Assembly: GCF_009914755.1 (NCBI RefSeq)
Contig: NC_060936.1
Source of the DNA: the human T2T-CHM13v2.0 reference genome, Homo sapiens
Direction: 5' to 3' (one strand)
Length of the DNA stretch: 64,000 nt
The position numbers were made by a program, and so were the translations under genes. Of this stretch, positions 56,180-64,000 are shown piece after piece (the first letter of the stretch is position 1; each line of letters opens with the position of its first letter). The notes below the pieces were generated by a model that searched no databases, was not told where the DNA came from, and saw nothing but the letters and a program-made list of their open reading frames with translations.

Positions 56180-57403
56180 CAATAGTGGCAGGAGGCAGAC
56201 AAATTGCTGGTCAGATAAGGACTGGTCCCTGGTGAACCCCAACCTTCAAGCCAAAGGCAGCCTGAAGCCTGAAAACCAGGCTGCCAGTTCTTGGTAGAAT
56301 TCATGAACCAGAGTGAGAACTTGATGCCTTTCAGCCAATCAAATGGTGTTTTGTCCAGGCCCACTAATGAACCAATCAGCACACACTTCCTTCATTCTGG
56401 GTCCATAGAAAAACCAGGACTCAACCACATGTCAGGACTACCTGCCTGTGGGGAGGAGCTACTCACTTTGGGTCTTCTCTCTGCAGAAAGCTGTTCTGCC
56501 ACTCAATAAAACTCTTCACCTTGCTCACTCTCCAGTTGTCCACATAACCTCATTCTTCCTGGACATGGGACAAGAACTCAGGACCCACTGAACAGTGGGC
56601 ATGAAAAGGGCTGTAACATTTTCCTGGCCAGCTCACCAAGCTGTGGGCAGAAACAAAAGGGGCTGTAACATGTTCCTGGCCAGCTTGCCAATCTGCAAGC
56701 AGTGACATGCTTCCATTCATTGGATTGCAGAAGTGAAGAACAACCACCCTTTTGAGGTCCTGGACCTTGGTATTCTCCAAGCCAGAGCTGTAACTCTATA
56801 GCCCTCCCATCCTCTGCTGGCATCAGGCAGCTTCCCCGCATGATGGGAAGCAGTAGCAAAGCCAAGCCAGCCAGGAGCTATGGGCCAGAGCAAGGCAGCT
56901 GGACTGAATGAGATGAAACACACCCCTCCCTACTGCTCACTGAGCTACCGGTGGTGGGAACAAGATAGCCGTAGTATGCCTACCCGCCGCCCCGCCCCCA
57001 CTTCTTGGGGCTCTGTGGTTGCTGGTGTCTCCCAGTTTTCAGGCACCACCGCGTTCAGCTTATCCAGACACTGACTCCCACAGTGGAAGCCACTACCAGT
57101 ACCCTTGGTCCAGCTGCAGACTCGCATAGAGCCGGTGCCTGTGCCAGCACCTGGAGCTGCCCACCCCGCCACAGCAGGTGGTGTGCTTGGCTGTGCCTAG
57201 TGGCCGGACCTCATGCTCACTTGTTCATACACCCGTTGTTGCTCTGCACCAGGATCGCCGTTGGTGGGTGTGGGATCTGAGCACAGCCTGCCAGGTCAAG
57301 TGGGCAGAACGAGCCCAGCAGGCATGAACAAAACTCAAGCAGAGGTGCTGCTGGCCACAGAGGTTTCCAGCTGGAGAAGAGACACCCAAAGAATCTTGTG
57401 AGA
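56180..57403 (+). mobile_element. Long ERV1 solo LTR (LTR28-like; LTR1/27/28/MER52 group)
   Basis: atagtggcaggaggcagacaaa...ccttcaagccaaag; CCAAT boxes near 56335 and 56372; AATAAA near 56505; ends gctggccacagaggtttccagctgg...atcttgtgaga. 4-bp TSD gtat at 56176-56179 and 57404-57407. Confidence 0.88.
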
Positions 57404-57624
57404 GTATGATCTTTCTAAAAACACATGCAGGAAGGTTAAGATATAGAAATAAAAAGATATATCAGGAGGCTCCTAGTAATGAAGGATGCCAAACGTAGTA
57501 ACAGTGAAGCTGTAGAAAAGTGGATTAATTTCAGAAATAGTTAAGAAATGTTCGTAGGACTTGACGTTTACTTAGATATGTGGTCTAAGTGAAGAAGGCT
57601 TAGAATTTTCCTTTTTCTACTTTT

Positions 57625-58232
57625 TCATTAATCACTTTTAATTTATACTTGCTACATAATAATTATAGATGTTTATGGGGTACGGTGTGATGTTTCAATG
57701 CATGTATACATTGTAAAATGATTAAAACAGGGTAATTATCATATCCACTACTTTAAACATTTATTATTTCTTTGTAGTAGTGATATTTCATTGTTTTTTC
57801 TTCTAGCTATTTTGAAATATACACTACATTGTTATTTGCTGTAGACACCCTACAGGAACGTATTCTTTCTGCCTAACTGCAACTTTGTACCCGTTGACCA
57901 ACTTCTGTTCCCTAGTCCCCACTACCATCCTCAACCTCTTGTAACCATTATTTTACTCCCTACTCCATGAAATCAACTTTTTTAGATTCTACATATGAAT
58001 GAGATCATGTAGTTTTAGTCTTTCTTTCCCTCGCTTATTTCATTTAACATAACATCCTCCAGGTTCATCCATGTTGTCACAAACGACGGAATGTCATTCT
58101 GTTTAATGGCTGAATTGTATTCATATATATATATATATATTTAATTCATTAATCTGGAGATGTAAATTTAGATCAATTTTATATCTTGGCTATTATGAAT
58201 AGCACTGAAATAAACATGAGAGTGCAGATATC
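57625..58232 (-). mobile_element. L1MA 3' end, antisense
   Basis: tttatggggtacggtgtgatgtttcaatgcatgtatac...atcctccaggttcatccatgttgtcac...taaacatgagagtgcagatatct. Confidence 0.88.
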
Positions 58233-58974
58233 TAAAAAGACATAGTTTTCTGACCTAAGAAATATAATGATAATGTTGCTATTTATTGCCATTAAACCAT
58301 AAAATACAAACAAACAAAATAATCATGAAGACAAATGAGAGGATGTTTTTCTCATCTTTCAAGCTGGAATCCAAAACTTTCCAGTTAACTGTGGGTGTAA
58401 CCAGATTCATTACATGAACCACAACAGCTAAGCATATCTGTTTTAGGCTCTGGTCAGAGCAGCGTTAGAAATGTCATCCACGGTTCTCACCATCACAGAG
58501 GAAAATAAGTGCTGCTAAGTGATGTCTCTGGAGACAACTCAGAAGAGCTGCCTGCCCCTCTGCCCTCGTGATACTTATCAGTTGAGACAATAGTACCTTG
58601 CCTTACTTCTGACCAAATAAACCTTTGATTCCTTTCCTGGTGACCATTGAGGCACAAGACACTTAAGGAGCCATTTGACACACACATATAAAAACTCAGA
58701 AATGCAAGACTGTAGATTCTTCAGAAACAAACTTTGACCATCTGAAAACAAAATTAAGTAGATAAATTGTTATCTTCTCCAATTTTATTTTAAAAATGCA
58801 ATGTAATTGTAGTCTCTTTGAAGACATAGTGAGACCAAGAATTCAGTTTTTCATAAAGCTGTGAAAGATATCATAACTGAATACCTTCTGATAGCCCTTT
58901 ATTCTTTCCAGATCATTCTTATTTCCCCACATTCCTGCTTCCCTGTGATTGACACTTGATATGCAGCCAGTGGT

Positions 58975-59750
58975 GCAGCAAACTTATTATTTAAAATATT
59001 CATCAATTAGAGTGATGAAATGCATTACAATTTTGAATGCCAAAGATAGCAGTAAACATTCACGTTTTACCCAAGGGCTATATTAACTGTCTTGCTCTCT
59101 GTCAAAATGTGGTCCACAGAGACCATTGATTATTTTAAATTCCACAGGATATCATGCTGGCTCACTATATTTATGACATTATGCTAATTGTATCTGATAA
59201 ACAAGACATGAAACATATCTTACATGCCCTAGTGAAATAGATGTGCCAGAAGGTGAAAGATACAGTAAGATTAACAGAAGTAGACCATGATGACATTATA
59301 GTCCTGCTCAAGAGTGCTATGAGAGTTTGCTTGTGAAGAGAAATTCACACAGTAGAACAAGCTATGAGTAGAACTTTTGGTCTTTTATTTAATTTGGAGG
59401 GAGAGGTGACCAGAGATAATCAGTATATATCTGGGCTGTGGTGAATGGCTGTACTGGTTAAGGTAGTCCTGAAAGAAAGGGAATCTAAGAAAATGGAACA
59501 TGGAAAGACATATATAATTTTGAAAAATGGCGTGGGGACATATAGGGAGATTCTGATGAAGCTATGGACCTTGAACACTTAAATTTCACCAAATCTTCTT
59601 TGCTATTAAAAGCCATCATCCTGCCCCTCCCTAAATATTTTAATCCTTCCTTACTGAATTAAATTATAATGATCTTCCTTGAAATATGTGACTTGCAATG
59701 CACTGTTGATGTAGCTCAGCATCTACCCCACATCTCCTTGCTTTTCAAAC
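58975..59750 (+). mobile_element. Decayed ERV-L internal fragment including reverse transcriptase
   Basis: Degenerate LPQGYINCLALCQNVVHRD (~59066-59125) and DIMLAHYIYDIMLI (YxDD region, ~59148-59190). Confidence 0.8.
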
Positions 59751-59764
59751 AGAAGTTGCCAAGT

Positions 59765-60423
59765 TTATTTTTAATGTAATTATTTATTTTAGAGTAGTTT
59801 AAGATCTACAGAAAAAAATGTGAAGATAGTACAGAGAGTTCCCATATACCCAGTATACAGTTTGCCCTATTAATAACATATTACATAAGTCATAATTAAT
59901 AAAACTGTATTGAGCCATGATTATTTAGTAAAGTTCACACTTTACTTAGATTTTCTTAATTTTTATCTAATTTCTTTTTTTGGTTCAAAGACCCATTCAT
60001 AATACCACACTGCATTTAGGTGTCATGTCTACTAATTCTCTGCTTGACTGGAACAGTTTCTCAGACATTTTTTGTTTTTTGCAATGTTGAAAATTTTCAG
60101 TATTGGCCAGGTATTTTGTAGACTGCTCCTTAATTGTGATTGGTGTTCTGTTTTTCTTATGATTAGACTGAGATTGAGGTTGTGAATTTTGGAGAGGAAT
60201 ACCATACAGTGGTAAAGTGCCATTCTCATTCTCATCTCATTTTATCAACATTACATCTTGCATGTGCGTATGTGTGCGTGTATACTTGTTATTTAAAATA
60301 TTCATCAATTTAAGTGATGAAATGCATCACAATTTTGAATGCCAAAGATAGCAGTAAACATTCACATTTTACCCCAGGGCCAAATTAACTGTCTTGCTCT
60401 CTGTCAAAATGTGGTCCATGAAG

Positions 60424-60457
<34 letters not shown>

Positions 60458-60715
60458 ATCAGAATATATATGTGTATATACACACACACACACACACACA
60501 CATGTGTGTGTGTATATATATGTATATATACAGTATATATATTCAGTAAATTTTCAGTTAAAAACTAATACCATTTCATTCATTGTTTGCTCAAATTTTT
60601 CCAATGTTGGCTATTGGCAGCTCTTTCCATTGGCTCCTGAAATACCCAAATCATTGTGATTTTATTTTCTCAGCATTTCTTTATTTTCTGGCACTATAGG
60701 GTGTTCCAGGCTCCA
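59765..60715 (-). mobile_element. L1MC 3' end, interrupted by a microsatellite and a duplicated ERV-L piece
   Basis: ttttagagtagtttaagatctacagaaaaa...gatagtacagagagttcccatatacc. Resumes near 60545 (ttggctattggcagctctttccattggctcctg). Confidence 0.8.
60284..60418 (+). repeat. 135-bp dispersed direct copy of 58982-59116
   Basis: Ungapped alignment, 8 mismatches in 135 bp by manual count. Confidence 0.95.
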
Positions 60716-61852
60716 TTAAATATGTTGTTACCTGTGGATTTTTCATAGATGCCCTTTATCAGGTTGAGAACCTTGCACTCTATTCTTAGTTTGTTGAATG
60801 TTTTGCTTTTGAAAGGGTGTTTGGTTATTTCAAATGCATTTATTGTATCTCTTGAGATAATTGTGGATTTTTACTGTTTACTAATAAGGCATATTACCTT
60901 ACTTGATTTTTAGATGTTAACTCAACATTGCATCTCTGGAGTCAGTCCCACTTATCTATCATGTATGATTGTTTTGACATGTATTTTGCTGAAGATTTTT
61001 TGCATCTATAATCATAAAAACATTATTTTGTAGTTTTCTTGTGATTTCTTTGTCTGGTTTTAGCCTCAGAATAATACTGCCTTCATAAAATAAAATAAAT
61101 TGGGAAATTTTTCTCTCCTTTTCTACTTTTTGGGGCTACTATGTAAAGCATTGTTATCAATCATTTGAATGTTTGATAGAATTTGCCAGTGTAGCCATCT
61201 GGACATGGACTTTTTCTTTGTGGGTAGTTTTTTGATTATTGATTCTGTTTTGTCACCTGTTATGGGTCTATTAGAGTTGTCTATTTCTTCTGTAGTCAGT
61301 TTCAGTAGTTTGTAACTTTAAATCTAGAATTTTTTTCTATTCTAAGTTATCTAATTTTTGGCATATAAATTTTCATAATATTTATTTACTTTTTAATTTG
61401 GCAGAGTTAATAAGGTTATTTTATATTTAATTTCTGATTCTAGTGACTTGACTCTTCTCTCATTTGTCTTGGTTAAAGTAGCTAAAGATATTTTATTTTT
61501 TTGTTTTTTTCTTTTCAAATAACCATCTTTTGGCGTCACTGATTTTCTCATTTGTGTTTCTATTGTCTATTTCTTTAATTTACTCTAATGTTTATTATTT
61601 TTTCCTTCTGGTTGTTTTAGGTTTAGTTTCCTCTTATTTCATCCAAAAATGGGGGATTAGGTTAATGATTTGAGATTTTTCTTATTTCAAAATATAGATA
61701 TTGACAGCTATAAATTTCTGTCTCAGCAATTTTTAGCTGCATTCTGTAAGTTTGATATGTTGTGTCTTCATTTTTATTATTTTCCAATTTCACTTTAGAT
61801 TTCTTCTCTGACCCGTTGGTTATTTATGGGGTATTGTTTAATTTCCACAGAT

Positions 61853-62030
61853 CTTGGTTAACAATAATTTATTGTATATTTCAAAATAACTGAAAGAGTG
61901 GAATTGGAATGTTCCTAACACACACAAAATAGATAATACTTGATGTGATGGATACCCCAGTTATCCTGATTTGTTTGTTACAAATTGTATGCTGCTATTA
62001 AAATATCATACTTACTTCATAAATATATAA
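61853..62030 (+). mobile_element. Short L1MA 3'-end insertion inside the antisense L1M
   Basis: gttaacaataatttattgtatatttcaaaataactgaaagagtggaattggaatgttcctaacac...gatggataccccagttatcctgattt. Confidence 0.8.
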
Positions 62031-62063
62031 AATTCACATATCTTCACTTCTCCTTTTTTTCCT

Positions 62064-62413
<350 letters not shown>

Positions 62414-64000
62414 TAAAAATATACATTGTATTATTTCTATCCTTTTGCATTATTAAGACTGGCTTACCACACAGAATAGCATTCATTCTGGGGAAAATCC
62501 TATGTTTACTTAAGAATAATGTAGTCCATTTTTGAGTAGAGTGTTCCACAGACACTGTGTTCCATAGACGCCTGCTAGATCAAGTTGATTTATAGTGTTA
62601 TTCAAGTGTTGTATTTCCTTATTGATCTTCTGTCTTGTTATTCTATCAATTATTGAAAGTACAGTATTGAAATCTCCAACTATTACTGTTGATTTGTTTA
62701 CATCTCTCTCTTTTTTTTTTTAGGTTCCTTCATGTATTTTGGTGCTCTGTTTTATATATACGATGTAGGGGGGTGATAGGTAAAGACTATGGGATTCCTT
62801 TTTAAACTGGTGAAAATTTTTAAAAATTTTAACTGTATATATGTATATGTATGAATATATTTGGCATATGTACCATTTGATGAAATGTCTATCCTTTTTG
62901 TGCTACTTTGTCAATAATCGGATGACGATATTTTTGTGGGCCTCCTTTCTGGGTCTTCACTGTATTCTATTGATCTGTTTCTATTACTTCATGGATATCA
63001 TGCTGTCTTGATTGTTGTAACTTTATAGTAAATCTTAAAGTTGTGTAATGTCAGTCTAGCAGCTTTATTTTTTTCTTCAGTATTGTGTGTCTGTTTTATA
63101 CCTGTTTTCTTTCCATACAAACTTTAGAATCAGTTTGTTGATATATACAAAGTTTTTCTCCAGAATTTTGATTGAGATTGCATTGAATTTATAGATCAAG
63201 GTGGGGAAAATTAATATCTTAATGATATTAAGTCTTGCAATCTATGAACATGAAATATTTCTGTAGAAACCTAGATTTCTTTTGGTCTCTTTCAGAAGCG
63301 TTTTACAGATTTCTTTATACAGATAATGTACGTATTTTGTTAGGCTTTTCTATGTATTGCACATTTGATGCTGTTGTCATTTTTTTGAAACTTCAAATTC
63401 AAGTTATGCTTTTCTTATACATAGCACAAGAAGTGAGTTTTGGATGTTGGCCTTTTATTTTGAAAACTTGCTGTCCTGAAAACTGTACTTGGTTATTAGT
63501 TTCTGAAGTTTTTTTGTACACATATTAAGATGCTTAAAAATAAACAATATTATTCTCTGTGAAAAAATGTTATTTTTCTTTTCTAATCTTTATTGATTAC
63601 TTTTCTTATTTTAATGCACTAGATAGTACTTTCATTATGATGTTGAACAGGAGTGGTGAGAGAGAGAGGACTTCCTTGCCTTGTTGATGATCTTAGGATA
63701 AGGAGACTATTGAGTATAAAGTTAGCAGTAGGTTGTTTATGGATATTCCTTTGATAGTTGAGAACATTTTATTCTGTTACTCGTTTGCTGAGATTTTTTA
63801 TTTTTAAATCACTAATAGTATTAAATTATGTCAAATGTCTTTCTCTGCATCGATTAATCATATGTTTCTTCTATGGCTCTTGATATGGTAGCTTATATTG
63901 TTTGATTTCCTAAGGCTAACATGCCTTTCATATCTGTAATAAATCCCACTTGATTGTAGAGTGTATTTGCATATATTGTTGGGTTCGATTTGCTATTTTG

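Noticed and set aside
56900-57350. GC-rich patch as a CpG-island promoter
   Set aside because: It lies entirely within the LTR28-like LTR and is CpG-depleted relative to its GC content.

Overview
AT-rich, repeat-dense primate genomic DNA, most likely human or another hominid (one almost unmutated AluY). I found no intact protein-coding gene, RNA gene or CRISPR array. The window holds three L1-mediated retrocopies of housekeeping mRNAs: a full-length processed PSMC1 pseudogene (minus, ~23350-24893), a processed TIMM17B pseudogene (plus, ~40629-41445), and a 3'UTR-only retrocopy that I recognise as YWHAZ (4291-5518). The YWHAZ copy has a twin-priming 5' inversion and a 13-bp target-site duplication (TSD). 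The rest is layered transposable elements: Alu, L1PA/L1M, L2, MIR, MaLR LTRs, a two-LTR THE1, MER4A, LTR28, MER1A and an LTR47-associated ERV-L fragment. The most notable observations are the inverted YWHAZ UTR retrocopy, a 135-bp local copy of decayed ERV-L pol placed inside a microsatellite 1.3 kb away, a second twin-primed L1, a compact ERV-L pol with a degenerate dUTPase-like domain, and a few non-repeat motif clusters that could be enhancers. I do not see evidence for a genuinely new biological system. Parent-gene and repeat-subfamily names come from recalled sequences and need BLAST/Dfam confirmation.
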